A DNA stretch of 64,000 nucleotides from the IMG/VR virus record IMGVR_UViG_3300031951_000003, positions 186,001 through 250,000 of that record; one strand, 5' to 3'. The translations under genes were made by a program, and so were the position numbers. The notes under the pieces were generated by a model. That model saw only the letters and a list, made by a program, of their open reading frames with translations. It had not been told where the DNA came from and ran no database searches. Shown one piece after another: positions 1 through 9,490 of this stretch (positions are counted from its first letter, which is position 1; each line of letters begins with the position of its first letter).

Positions 1-845
1 TTTCCCATATCACTTGGCTGCCAAGCTCTTATTTTTCCACCTTCCAAAACACCAAAGAAAGGACCATTGGTTGCTCTTTCTCCTTTTGATGTTAATCCCG
101 TTGCCCCATAAAAGAAAGCTTCTCCTGTGTGTGATGAACCAGGATAATAAATTCCAACAACATCTCCCAAATCTAAGTCGCTAAAAGAAGACTGAGATGG
201 AACAGCTTGTGAAATTAAGGACTTAATTCTACCGAATTGACCTGATGAATTAATTTGATTTTCACTTAAGCCTTTCGAATTTTGGTTGATTTGTGAAAAA
301 ATGTCAGCCATTTCATTGAGATTACCTCCTTTGAATATTTTACTAAACCCATCTCCTTTGTTTGGAAATGAATTAGACAATCTGTATGCATGCCACGCAT
401 TACCCTGTCTTACACCCGTCTGACTTGCAACATATTGAGAGCATCCTATTGGACCTTTTTTTGCAACATTTTCCTTTCCTTTACAAACATCGTTCAAAGT
501 ATCTTTAACGGTGGGGTATAATACATATCTACCACAACGTTTGGTCAACCCACTATCACTAGGAACAGTTCCTTCTTGATTTCCCTCAAAATATGGTATT
601 CCTAATTTTTTTGACGTATAAGGACCTAATACCCCCTTACCGTTACCTCCATTTTTTAATTGGAAATCCTTTATTGCAATTTTTGTCAATTTTCCTATAA
701 TCCCATCAACTCCATCCCTATTTGGACCAGATTTCCCTAAGTTGTATCCTAATTCCTTAAGTTTTGTTTGAGCGGCTTTAACGAAATCAGTGTAAGATTC
801 GTATTGTTCGAGAATGACTCTCATTTTATTTCTTAAATTTTTCAT
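1..845 (-). CDS. Peptidoglycan-binding domain protein with putative Cys-amidase/CHAP-like region (3'-truncated at window edge; not in ORF track)
   Basis: Manual translation from ATG 845: MKNLRNKMRVILEQ...VKAAQTKLKELGYNLGKSGPNRDGVDGIIGKLTKIAIKDFQ (PG_binding_1-like), later GCSQYV...GNAWH; open to the window edge; ATAAATA at 852-858. Confidence 0.7.
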   Translation of the reverse strand, partial: MKNLRNKMRVILEQYESYTDFVKAAQTKLKELGYNLGKSGPNRDGVDGIIGKLTKIAIKDFQLKNGGNGKGVLGPYTSKKLGIPYFEGNQEGTVPSDSGLTKRCGRYVLYPTVKDTLNDVCKGKENVAKKGPIGCSQYVASQTGVRQGNAWHAYRLSNSFPNKGDGFSKIFKGGNLNEMADIFSQINQNSKGLSENQINSSGQFGRIKSLISQAVPSQSSFSDLDLGDVVGIYYPGSSHTGEAFFYGATGLTSKGERATNGPFFGVLEGGKIRAWQPSDMG

Positions 846-890
846 ACTTTAATAAATATGTTTTTATTTCTATTCTACCATCAGTTTTAT

Positions 891-1835
891 TTAAAACTTC
901 AAACAACCAAAACTATTCATGTATCTTACTACTTTTTCCAAGTAACCAATACTTGTTTGTTGACCCGAACCTTTGTTTGGAAAATAATTGGCAATTGGTT
1001 TGTTTTGTAAAACCATAATTTTCAGTTCAGGTTTAGATTGTGGAAAGGGTTGATATAACGTTTTGTCACACGGTGCAGCATAATTCGGGTCTTTTGTTTC
1101 ACACCATCTAGTGATTAGACCTGGCATGTTGTGTGCAACTATTGCTAAATCCATTGCGTTGTTACCTGTCCCATCAATTCCCTTGATACCCTTAGTTCTA
1201 ACTGCAATCGGATTAACGGATGGACCTGTTCCATTACCTACTTTTAAGGCTCTTTTGTAATCATCATTGATTCTGTGTAATGTCCCTATTCCTTGTTTCA
1301 AAGAACTGAAAGAATCTGAATAGGAACCAACTTTTTTATCTAAACCATAATCATTCCAAGTTTTTTCGGTAAATTGTGCTGAACCCAAACTCATTTGTTT
1401 CTGAGGTTTACCTGAAATTTTATTCACCAAATTTAACCCACCCACAGCGGATTTTGGGAGAAATCCAAACCCTATCGAATGTAAAAATTCTGCCGCGTCA
1501 TCACTCCATTCACTATAAGTACGGAATAAAGTTTCCCTTCCAATAATTCCGATTGCGGCTTTGGCCATGAAAAGCAGTGTATTAGCATCAACCCCAAGTT
1601 CACTCATCAATTTTTGTTTGTTTTGAACTACGTATTCTGCAAATGGTCTTACGTCCTCGGGAATACACGGGTATTTCTTCTCTAAACTGATATTTTCATT
1701 TTGTTTACTGACTCTTGCGTTTTCACGTGAATTATCTAGCCCAAATGAAGTTATTCCTGGTCCTGTTTGTTCTTTAAGAATTCGTAAGATAATATTCTCT
1801 AAATCCGTCTCAGTTAATTTGATACTTTTTTTCAT
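891..1835 (-). CDS. Leader-B protein (MKKSIKLTETDL...LKEQ), possibly lysozyme-like fold
   Basis: Start reassigned to ATG 1835 below TATTTAT (1842-1848); payload unassigned. Confidence 0.6.
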   Translation of the reverse strand: MKKSIKLTETDLENIILRILKEQTGPGITSFGLDNSRENARVSKQNENISLEKKYPCIPEDVRPFAEYVVQNKQKLMSELGVDANTLLFMAKAAIGIIGRETLFRTYSEWSDDAAEFLHSIGFGFLPKSAVGGLNLVNKISGKPQKQMSLGSAQFTEKTWNDYGLDKKVGSYSDSFSSLKQGIGTLHRINDDYKRALKVGNGTGPSVNPIAVRTKGIKGIDGTGNNAMDLAIVAHNMPGLITRWCETKDPNYAAPCDKTLYQPFPQSKPELKIMVLQNKPIANYFPNKGSGQQTSIGYLEKVVRYMNSFGCLKF

Positions 1836-1967
1836 TATGAAATAAATATCCACCAAAAATGACTTTTAGTGATGAGGGAAATAATTATTATTCTTTCAGA
1901 ATAATAATAAGAATTAATAAAAATAAAAAAAAAAGAAAAAAAACTAGTAATACTAGTTCTAGGGATT

Positions 1968-2249
1968 TTAGCAAACCGCCACACAAGAATCGAAACCTAA
2001 AATATCCTCTATAATTTTTGTTACTTCATTACAAGGGTCGTCCAAGAAACCAATGTGAGAGTCGGGTTCATCTCTCCGATTGTCTTTGATGGTTAGAAAA
2101 ACAGCATGAGAATCGGGAATCCATTTATTTGATTTGTCATCATATTTTTGGGTGGGGACGATTTGTATTTCTTTGATTAAAATATCCCCTCCGAAGGAGG
2201 TGTTCAACGAAGACTCAACAAGTCGTTTTATTTTTCCAATCTTGTCCAT
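1968..2249 (-). CDS. Hypothetical protein
   Basis: ORF track, co-oriented and overlapping the upstream gene. Confidence 0.55.
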   Translation of the reverse strand: MDKIGKIKRLVESSLNTSFGGDILIKEIQIVPTQKYDDKSNKWIPDSHAVFLTIKDNRRDEPDSHIGFLDDPCNEVTKIIEDILGFDSCVAVC

Positions 2250-2614
2250 GTCATGTCAGAATTTAAAACCACAGAATAAAGATGTTTTTTATTCCATTCG
2301 TTTGGACCAATAAGTGACAAAGTCTTGGACCCATCAGGATTCTCATATAAGTGATATATCTCCCCAATAATCGGTTCAAATCTATAGTTTGACTCGTAGA
2401 CCTCTTGTTGGATAATCATCGAATTTTGGAGGTCCTGTGCTTCTTTAATGAGCTCTTCATATCGTCTCTTAACCACTCGGTCGACCTTATTGAGACCGTG
2501 TTTTTTAAAGGATGTTAAGTCTTGGGGTTCAATCTTTGGGGCACCTACATGGGTTGGGTAGGGAATTACCATTGGTTGTAGATTAACCTTATCGATATGA
2601 GATTGAGTTGACAT
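2228..2614 (-). CDS. DUF2452-like protein
   Basis: YPTHVGAPKIEP...FEPIIGEIYHLY...LSLIGPNEW resembles the Bacteroidota DUF2452 family (recalled, not searched). Confidence 0.6.
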   Translation of the reverse strand: MSTQSHIDKVNLQPMVIPYPTHVGAPKIEPQDLTSFKKHGLNKVDRVVKRRYEELIKEAQDLQNSMIIQQEVYESNYRFEPIIGEIYHLYENPDGSKTLSLIGPNEWNKKHLYSVVLNSDMTWTRLEK

Positions 2615-2668
2615 AAAAAAAAAGTCCCTTTATGGGACAATTTTATAAAATATATTTTGTAAAAACAA

Positions 2669-3166
2669 TTACTGACCTTTAATCATTCCGATTCCGTGTT
2701 TTAAAAATTCTTTCGCTCTTGGTGAGAGATGTTGCATTGCATATACTTTTTCAATATCCTTAACTAATTCTTCACCGTGTTCGTTCTCCTTGTAGAGTTC
2801 TATGATTTTGTCCATGGCCTTACAACACTCTTTCTTTGTTTCATCAAAATAATTGTAGGGTTTGAATCCTTTAAGATGAGTCATTATTTGGTGTGCTAAA
2901 TGTTCTCCACCATCCGTAACCTTCGGATGAAGTCTCAAGGTTTTGAGCAATTCTAACTTATCAACTAATCCCCTAACACCGTTCTTTCTTAATCTTACTC
3001 CCTCAATATAATCATCATCTTCATCATCGCCCATAATTTCTTCTAACGATTTAGTGTTACCAGCGTGACAAAACTTTCTATCATCTTTTTTCTCGTCTTC
3101 AGAAATATTATAAAATTTCCTGATTTCTTCTTTTTCAGATTCGGTTAAATAAAATCTTTTACTCAT
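2669..3166 (-). CDS. Leader-E protein (MSKRFYLTESEKEEIRKFY)
   Basis: Leader motif; ATAAATA at 3171-3177. Confidence 0.6.
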   Translation of the reverse strand: MSKRFYLTESEKEEIRKFYNISEDEKKDDRKFCHAGNTKSLEEIMGDDEDDDYIEGVRLRKNGVRGLVDKLELLKTLRLHPKVTDGGEHLAHQIMTHLKGFKPYNYFDETKKECCKAMDKIIELYKENEHGEELVKDIEKVYAMQHLSPRAKEFLKHGIGMIKGQ

Positions 3167-3200
3167 GTCTATAAATATAAGTTTCTTTCAAAATCTCCGA

Positions 3201-3908
3201 CTAATCAATCACACCGTGTAAAAATTGTATTTTCTCATCATTAGATAAAGTATCCTTCGTAAATGAAAATGGGTCGTAATCGAATTTGTAAAAATATGGT
3301 TTGTAAAAGTGGTAAACTAACTTCGCACTTTTTGTATCATACAAATCATTGAAGATAAAATACCTTTTATTTAAAAAAGGGTTGTCATTTAACAATTCTT
3401 GCATTTTTTGTCTATCAATTTCATTTTTTGACTTGATGAATGGTAGTTTGAGCAAATCTTGATATAAATTTTCAGCTCTTAGAGTGTAATCAACCGTTTC
3501 TTCATTGTTGAATTTCCACTTATTAAAGAACAGCTGGTCACTTCCATATTTTGGGGTCATGAAAACGTAAAATCCATGGTTCAGGAGAGACTTCTGAATC
3601 CAATTATTGAAATTTTTCCTTACGTTAGTTTTTTTCTTGGTTAGCGCTTCTGAATTATACGAGTTAACAAAGAATGAAAAGAACATATCATAGGGATTTC
3701 TACAACTTATGATTTTTTTTAAATTTTGAAATTTTTCAGGAATGAAATTTGAAAATGAATGCTCATAATACTTAAAATCCAAGTATTCCTCTTTGTCTTT
3801 TTGAGAATATCTGAAAAAATTGTAGTCTTCGAAAATTTTTTTGGTGATTCTAGTTGCACATCTTTCGTGTGCTAACCATACAACCTGATGCTCGGGTGAA
3901 ATATTCAT
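3201..3908 (-). CDS. Sulfotransferase family 2-like protein (degenerate 5'-PSB loop)
   Basis: HERCATR, CRNPYDMFFSFF, DYTLRAENLYQD; paralogue of 8486, 40384 and 41004. Confidence 0.6.
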   Translation of the reverse strand: MNISPEHQVVWLAHERCATRITKKIFEDYNFFRYSQKDKEEYLDFKYYEHSFSNFIPEKFQNLKKIISCRNPYDMFFSFFVNSYNSEALTKKKTNVRKNFNNWIQKSLLNHGFYVFMTPKYGSDQLFFNKWKFNNEETVDYTLRAENLYQDLLKLPFIKSKNEIDRQKMQELLNDNPFLNKRYFIFNDLYDTKSAKLVYHFYKPYFYKFDYDPFSFTKDTLSNDEKIQFLHGVID

Positions 3909-4180
3909 TATTTTATGAAATTATTCAAATTATTCAAAGTATAAACAGAATCATAAGGGTCGTAACAATAATCCCATAAGGATTTGTTTTTGATGAAAGG
4001 GTGTGGTTGACCCTTTGACCATTTTTTTCCTAATTCATAATCATTTCTACACCAAGTTAGTTTTCTATTTGGTGTTTCTACAAAAAATGAACGAATTTTT
4101 TGAATTAATCTGAAAAAAGACATGTAAAACGAATTATCTATATAAGTTTTTTGTATTATTAAATATTTTTTTTGCCTCAA
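3908..4180 (-). CDS. Hypothetical protein
   Basis: ORF track, tight packing with neighbours. Confidence 0.45.
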   Translation of the reverse strand: MRQKKYLIIQKTYIDNSFYMSFFRLIQKIRSFFVETPNRKLTWCRNDYELGKKWSKGQPHPFIKNKSLWDYCYDPYDSVYTLNNLNNFIK

Positions 4181-4325
4181 CCTCCAATAATCTTATTTTT
4201 TGTTCGTCTGAAGGGGAAACCTCAAAGTTTTGAGCTTTGATTTGTCTAATCTGTTCTTGAATTCTTTCATATTGAAACAAATATTGGTTATAAAGTTGAG
4301 CTTTTTGGTCGTTACTTAAATTCAT
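4134..4325 (-). CDS. Small coiled-coil hypothetical protein
   Basis: ORF track; helical Q/E/K-rich composition. Confidence 0.55.
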   Translation of the reverse strand: MNLSNDQKAQLYNQYLFQYERIQEQIRQIKAQNFEVSPSDEQKIRLLEVEAKKIFNNTKNLYR

Positions 4326-4369
4326 AGTTCATTTTTTTTTAAAGGTAGTTTTTTTTCACTCTAAGTAAA

Positions 4370-4657
4370 TTAACTACTGGTTTTTGTTTCATCGTATACC
4401 TGGTTGACCTTATCCAATATTTTGAAAAAATTGTTTTTTGTTGAAGACTTGGTCTTTTTTCCACCTTTGAACAAGGAATTGAGTTCTTTGAGTTTATCTA
4501 TTGAATCCTCAATTGAATCTTCAACACTCGAGTTACCGTTGTCAGTATTGTAATTTACTGGTTGAACATATATGTCTAAATCCATAGCAGCACTGTTGGA
4601 ACCAGTCTCAAATAAACGGTTGTATTGTTCTTTGGTGATGAGTATTTTTTTCATCAA
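4370..4657 (-). CDS. Leader-A-like protein (MKKILITKEQYNRLFE)
   Basis: Leader motif. Confidence 0.6.
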   Translation of the reverse strand: MMKKILITKEQYNRLFETGSNSAAMDLDIYVQPVNYNTDNGNSSVEDSIEDSIDKLKELNSLFKGGKKTKSSTKNNFFKILDKVNQVYDETKTSS

Positions 4658-4659
4658 TA

Positions 4660-5025
4660 TTAGATGACTCTCAATATTGTGTTAATTACAGTATCTGAAT
4701 TTAATTCAGACCAATCAAGAAGTTTTTCTTCTCCGTCCGATGAGACAACGATATGATTAGCATAATCAATATCCCCATATAGTTCAACTCCTGTAACATT
4801 TGCTAAATTCAAATAAACACCGTCATTAGCTCTGAAGATTACTTTGAAGTCTCCTACAAGGTTTGAGCATTCAACATCTGAAAAAACGTTGAATGATTTG
4901 TCTGTTGACACATTCAGAATTTCGAGAGTGATGTCTTCAGTTTCACCTGAAGGATTATGGATGAAGTCCTCACCAACTTGCTTGATGAATTTATCTGATT
5001 CGTTTCTTGAAAAAATTGTTGCCAT
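4660..5025 (-). CDS. Hypothetical protein
   Basis: ATAAATA at 5043-5049 upstream. Confidence 0.55.
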   Translation of the reverse strand: MATIFSRNESDKFIKQVGEDFIHNPSGETEDITLEILNVSTDKSFNVFSDVECSNLVGDFKVIFRANDGVYLNLANVTGVELYGDIDYANHIVVSSDGEEKLLDWSELNSDTVINTILRVI

Positions 5026-5049
5026 TTTAAAATGTTTTCTTTATAAATA

Positions 5050-5262
5050 TCATTGTTTTACTTTGGAGTTATTATCCTTGGACTTAGAGTCCATCCATTC
5101 GAACCAAAAAGCCATAAAAACTATGAAATTTAATCCAAATGACATGAATATTTCTATCAAATCATCATATACGTTCATAGTCAAATGAACATGACCTACC
5201 ATCCAAAAAGGAATGGATAGTTTGGATGCAACATATTTTATGAAAAATCTCAGAAAAGCCAT
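5050..5262 (-). CDS. Small membrane protein
   Basis: Two hydrophobic segments. Confidence 0.5.
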   Translation of the reverse strand: MAFLRFFIKYVASKLSIPFWMVGHVHLTMNVYDDLIEIFMSFGLNFIVFMAFWFEWMDSKSKDNNSKVKQ

Positions 5263-5298
5263 TAATAATAACTATTGTATTTATTATATAGAATAATC

Positions 5299-6369
5299 AT
5301 GCAAAGAACAGAAATAAAGAAGGTTTTAAGGGAAGCACTCGGGGTTCCTCACAACATTGTTGAGGTGAGTAAAAATGCCTACCAAAGAATCTTGAATTGG
5401 GTTAAGAGATTAGATTCAAAAGATTTTGAATATGGTCAAGGTGTCTCAATGAATTTCAGAGTTGATTATCAAATTGCAGACTTCAGGTTTACAACACTAA
5501 AAGTGAAACTCGGGGTTGATGAGCACCCAAAAATCAAAACACCCGAAATAATGTCTATGGCAATCCGTAGTCAATCAAGAAAAACCGAGGATATGAGACT
5601 TGAACCAATCAAGAATAAAACCGTGGATTTAGTAATCGTGATGTTGGTTCCGACTGATTTCAATTACGAAGAATTACCAGTATATTTTGAAAAAAATAAA
5701 AACGAGATTATTGAAAATCTTTCACACGAGTTCAAACATGCCTACGACCACTTCAAAAAACTTTATGACAACCCCATTCAGAGGGCAGAATATCAATCAT
5801 CTATAAATTTAGGTTTCAATTTTGAACCCTTAGATATTTTTGTTCATGATATATATTTTTCCTCCGCAAATGAAAATTTGGTCAGACCTAGTGAAATATC
5901 TGCAGCAATACAAACAGGTCAAATTTCGCAGAAAGACTTCTTAGAGTTTTTGAGAAGTAATGATACCTACAAGAATTTGAAAAGAATTAAAGACTTTAAT
6001 ATTCAGGACTTTGAAAATAGAATACTGAAAGATGAGAAAGGTCTGAACAAATTACTAAGGAAAGTTGGTGAAAAACCCAAGTTGATGACACCTGAGGAAA
6101 AGTTAGAAAGTATATACAAACTTCTTTATTCTGTAATTTCCCAAAAGAAAATAATAAGTTTTGCAGAAATGATTAAGACTAATTTTTTAGAGGAACTTTT
6201 GGGTTTTCAAGATGAAAAAAAGAAAGTTTTTGATAAGTTTGTATCGAGAGTTTCGAGATTCGAAAATCCCAAAGACTTTGTAAAGTATTATGAGAAATTC
6301 TTCAATTATATTGGAGACAAAATGATTCGTAAAATATCCAAACTTTACGCCATCACTCAGAAAAAATAA
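5299..6369 (+). CDS. Leader-F protein with HEXXH zinc-metallopeptidase motif
   Basis: MQRTEIKKVLREAL leader; SHEFKHAYD; sense TATTTAT at about 5278-5284, start moved to 5299. Confidence 0.6.
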   Translation: MQRTEIKKVLREALGVPHNIVEVSKNAYQRILNWVKRLDSKDFEYGQGVSMNFRVDYQIADFRFTTLKVKLGVDEHPKIKTPEIMSMAIRSQSRKTEDMRLEPIKNKTVDLVIVMLVPTDFNYEELPVYFEKNKNEIIENLSHEFKHAYDHFKKLYDNPIQRAEYQSSINLGFNFEPLDIFVHDIYFSSANENLVRPSEISAAIQTGQISQKDFLEFLRSNDTYKNLKRIKDFNIQDFENRILKDEKGLNKLLRKVGEKPKLMTPEEKLESIYKLLYSVISQKKIISFAEMIKTNFLEELLGFQDEKKKVFDKFVSRVSRFENPKDFVKYYEKFFNYIGDKMIRKISKLYAITQKK

Positions 6370-6814
6370 AATTTTCGACAACGACAAATTTATTATTTTT
6401 CTGAAGGTTTAAGAACCTTTTTACGACATCATAACTGAAACCGAATCTATTACCCAAATTCCAAGTTCCCTTTTTTTTCTCGTTGGATTCGAGAATAATT
6501 TCAACAATATAAGAAAGGTTTGAGGTTCTTCTCATTGAACTGTGAATTCTGATACCGAATTTTATTTCAAACCATTCCTTCAATATTTTCGATAGAATTT
6601 TCATGTCGATAGAAAAAAGGTTAGAATATAACGTAAAAAATTTTTGATTGAATTCTAAAGAACCCGCCGAGGTAACATTGAAAAACCAATCCTGATTATC
6701 GGGGTCAACAATCCATAAATTCATTCCATTCGGAACTACTACTTTATTACCTAAGTCTTGTTCAAGTTTTTTGAGAATTATTCTCTTAAGTTTAACGTTG
6801 ACATCCGACATCAA
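6353..6814 (-). CDS. Hypothetical protein of the W-F paralogue family
   Basis: ILKEWFEIKFGIRI matches the motif in 12591, 12923, 25337, 54405 and 54715. Confidence 0.5.
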   Translation of the reverse strand: MMSDVNVKLKRIILKKLEQDLGNKVVVPNGMNLWIVDPDNQDWFFNVTSAGSLEFNQKFFTLYSNLFSIDMKILSKILKEWFEIKFGIRIHSSMRRTSNLSYIVEIILESNEKKKGTWNLGNRFGFSYDVVKRFLNLQKNNKFVVVENFIFSE

Positions 6815-6839
6815 ATTAAATGTAATAAATTTTTGTAGA

Positions 6840-7556
6840 TTAAGTCAAATCAGTTGAAATCTTTTTACTCAATGTTGCATAAATCGGGGATGCAATATTT
6901 TTTACTTGATTTGCAATCTGCCCAACTAACGCCTCATATTTACCACCTGTAGCGTATCTAAGACCCCTCTTGTTTACAAAATTTTTAATCAAATCAGCAC
7001 CTGAGGTTGTATCTGTCAAATAACTTCTTGCAATCAAATCAAAATATGCTTGAATTCCTGATTGAACTGTGTTATGAAAAATGTTTTTACCGCTATTAAC
7101 GTTCCCTACATTGAATGGATTTTTTGTTCGGATTGGTCTTGAGGATGGATTTTTATCGAACCCTCCTTCTGCCGCTAATTGAGAAAGTGCCAATTCCACG
7201 GGAACGTATCTTCCGTATTTGGTTTGAGCATTTTTTGCTCCGTCGGCTAACATTGAACCTGTTATTCCCAAAAGGTTGTGTTTCCTTGTTGAAATAAATT
7301 TATCTGCAATACTTTTATAAGTTTCATATTCTGCAGGATTATTTAAATTCATCACAGGGAATTCACCTGTAGGCACGTTCAAATTTGTTTTGGTGTCTAT
7401 ATTTGATGAAGGGGAAGATGACGTATCAGTTTGATTTGGTTTTGTTGTCGAGAGAAACGTATCTAAAATCCCTTTACTGTCTTTTGAACCTATCAATGAT
7501 TTAAGAATCAAGTCTGTAAGGTCTTGCTCCGATATTAAAAATTTCTTTTTTCCCAT
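6840..7556 (-). CDS. Leader-A protein with glucosaminidase/lysozyme-like (GH73-like) domain
   Basis: LALSQLAAEGGF...NPFNVGN...SGIQAYFDLI...YAT; leader KKFLISEQDL. Confidence 0.6.
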   Translation of the reverse strand: MGKKKFLISEQDLTDLILKSLIGSKDSKGILDTFLSTTKPNQTDTSSSPSSNIDTKTNLNVPTGEFPVMNLNNPAEYETYKSIADKFISTRKHNLLGITGSMLADGAKNAQTKYGRYVPVELALSQLAAEGGFDKNPSSRPIRTKNPFNVGNVNSGKNIFHNTVQSGIQAYFDLIARSYLTDTTSGADLIKNFVNKRGLRYATGGKYEALVGQIANQVKNIASPIYATLSKKISTDLT

Positions 7557-7571
7557 GTTTATAAATATAAT

Positions 7572-7594
7572 AAAAAACCCTCTTTTCAGAGGGT
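7572..7594 (-). terminator. Intrinsic terminator
   Basis: ACCCTCT-tttc-AGAGGGT stem with A6 on the + strand (U-tract on the minus transcript). Confidence 0.75.
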
Positions 7595-7599
7595 AATTT

Positions 7600-8010
7600 T
7601 TAATCGATTACTTCAGTTAGAAAATATCTTAGATTATATCCCTCTGAGACATTTATAATTGAAATGACAGCGGTTTTCGTTTCCTTGTGGACTAAAACAT
7701 CTACCTTAACCATTTGGTCTTCTCTCAAATCTTTTGCAGTGTATCTGTATCCCGAAAGACTTTTAGTATTCATCTCTTCCTTGGTGTTTTCATATACTTT
7801 GAAAATCGAAGGTTTTTTTGCTTGAAAAGAAATAAATTGGGGTTCCACAACAACTGTTATACTTACATCTGAATTTTTGGAATATAAGACCCATTCCTTA
7901 TTTGTATTATCATATGTATACATCTCGGTGAGAGTTGCTTTGTAATAGGTTTGTGCAGTCAAAATGAAGGTAGACAAAACCAAAATTAGTGTTATGAAAA
8001 ATTTTCTCAT
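7600..8010 (-). CDS. Secreted protein with signal peptide
   Basis: MRKFFITLILVLSTFILTAQ, Bacteroidota-style Sec signal ending A-Q. Confidence 0.65.
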   Translation of the reverse strand: MRKFFITLILVLSTFILTAQTYYKATLTEMYTYDNTNKEWVLYSKNSDVSITVVVEPQFISFQAKKPSIFKVYENTKEEMNTKSLSGYRYTAKDLREDQMVKVDVLVHKETKTAVISIINVSEGYNLRYFLTEVID

Positions 8011-8012
8011 TA

Positions 8013-8444
8013 TTAGATTATTGAAATTGAATTTATTTTGTCTCCTGGTTGGATTTGGTCGACAATATCGAGTCCCTCAACAACTTTTCCGAAACAAGTG
8101 TGGTTTCTATCAAGATGTTGGGTATTTTGTCTATTATGACATATGAAGAATTGAGAACCTCCTGTGTTTCTACCTGCATGTGCCATAGATAAAACACCTT
8201 TGTCATGAAATTGATTTGGAGCCGAGACTTCACAGTGGATTGAATATCCAGGTCCACCAGTTCCATCCCCTTTCGGACATCCTCCTTGGATAACAAATCC
8301 TGGAATAACTCTATGAAAATTTAGACCATCATAAAACTTCTTTTCGATTAAATCTATAAAGTTTTTTACGGTAATTGGTGTTGCGTCATCATACAATCTG
8401 GCAACCATGTCCCCTTTTTGGGTTGAAATTTTTACTTTTGTCAT
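8013..8444 (-). CDS. ppiA: Cyclophilin-type peptidyl-prolyl cis-trans isomerase
   Basis: FYDGLNFHRVIPGFVIQGG, LSMAHAGRNTGGSQFFI, LDRNHTCFGKV. Confidence 0.95.
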   Translation of the reverse strand: MTKVKISTQKGDMVARLYDDATPITVKNFIDLIEKKFYDGLNFHRVIPGFVIQGGCPKGDGTGGPGYSIHCEVSAPNQFHDKGVLSMAHAGRNTGGSQFFICHNRQNTQHLDRNHTCFGKVVEGLDIVDQIQPGDKINSISII

Positions 8445-8485
8445 AATATATAAAATTTAAAAAATTGTTTGGAGATTGACAAGTT

Positions 8486-9118
8486 TTACTTCAAAATAGG
8501 TTTATAATCTAACTCATCAAAGTATTTTTGAAACCTCTGATAAACATCACTAACCATATCCGTTGTAAAAAAATCTTCAATGTTATAATTTTCAATTTTG
8601 GTTGGATTTTTCTTTTTTCTACAAAGCTCTTCTAAAAATCCTGATTTAGCAAATTTACTTTCGGATATAAACGAAATCTTCATGTAGTCGGAAAACAAGT
8701 GTTCGAGCCTTATAAAGTAATCAGGTTTTCTCTCTGTAAAATCCATTCCCGAAAACCATAAACTTTCTGTATCGTCGATGTTCGTGATATAAAATTTATA
8801 AAACTCACTTTTTGTAATCAATTTTTCTCTTTGTCTATAGGTGTAAAGAAAAGATGAAAAAATTCGATTTAAGGGATTACGAGCAGTACAAATCAATTTA
8901 TAATTCTGATGATTTTCAAAAAGATTTAAATTGTGGTGATGAACAGGAAATTCTGAATAATCGTGATTTATTTTCCTATCGTAATTTGATAAATAAGATA
9001 CAAAATTCAAACAGGAAAAAATTACATTTGCATGGACTGAGCCTGTTTTTGCTGGAGACCAAAAGAAATATCCATGTTCTTCAGAAATGTTAATCCAATA
9101 TTTTTTATCGTTTAGCAA
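8486..9118 (-). CDS. Sulfotransferase family 2-like protein
   Basis: SPAKTGS (5'-PSB), TARNPLNRIFSSF (3'-PB), DYFIRLEHL. Confidence 0.7.
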   Translation of the reverse strand: MLNDKKYWINISEEHGYFFWSPAKTGSVHANVIFSCLNFVSYLSNYDRKINHDYSEFPVHHHNLNLFENHQNYKLICTARNPLNRIFSSFLYTYRQREKLITKSEFYKFYITNIDDTESLWFSGMDFTERKPDYFIRLEHLFSDYMKISFISESKFAKSGFLEELCRKKKNPTKIENYNIEDFFTTDMVSDVYQRFQKYFDELDYKPILK

Positions 9119-9123
9119 TTGAT

Positions 9124-9468
9124 TTACTTTGGGAAAATATAGGCTCTTTTTTTCAAAATTGAAATATCTGGTTTATTAAATTCATGATTACTTTCCCATT
9201 CGAGAATGAACAATTGATTCATAAAAAAATCAAATTTCACTTTATCAATTGATAGATATTGCAATGCATTGAATAAATCTTCACTCACACAATTATTGAA
9301 TTCTCTTATTAAAACTGTGGACATTTTGTTTGAAAGGAATATGTCTTTACGAGTGGAGAGCAATTGAATTTTTCCCAAGACATTACCGTCTGTGGATAGA
9401 GAGATAATTGTAGGTCCTATTGTAATTGGACCAATTGAAAAAAACTTTTCAAAATTTTGTCCTATCAT
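9124..9468 (-). CDS. Hypothetical protein
   Basis: ORF track. Confidence 0.45.
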   Translation of the reverse strand: MIGQNFEKFFSIGPITIGPTIISLSTDGNVLGKIQLLSTRKDIFLSNKMSTVLIREFNNCVSEDLFNALQYLSIDKVKFDFFMNQLFILEWESNHEFNKPDISILKKRAYIFPK

Positions 9469-9490
9469 ACAATAAAAATAAAAAATAAAT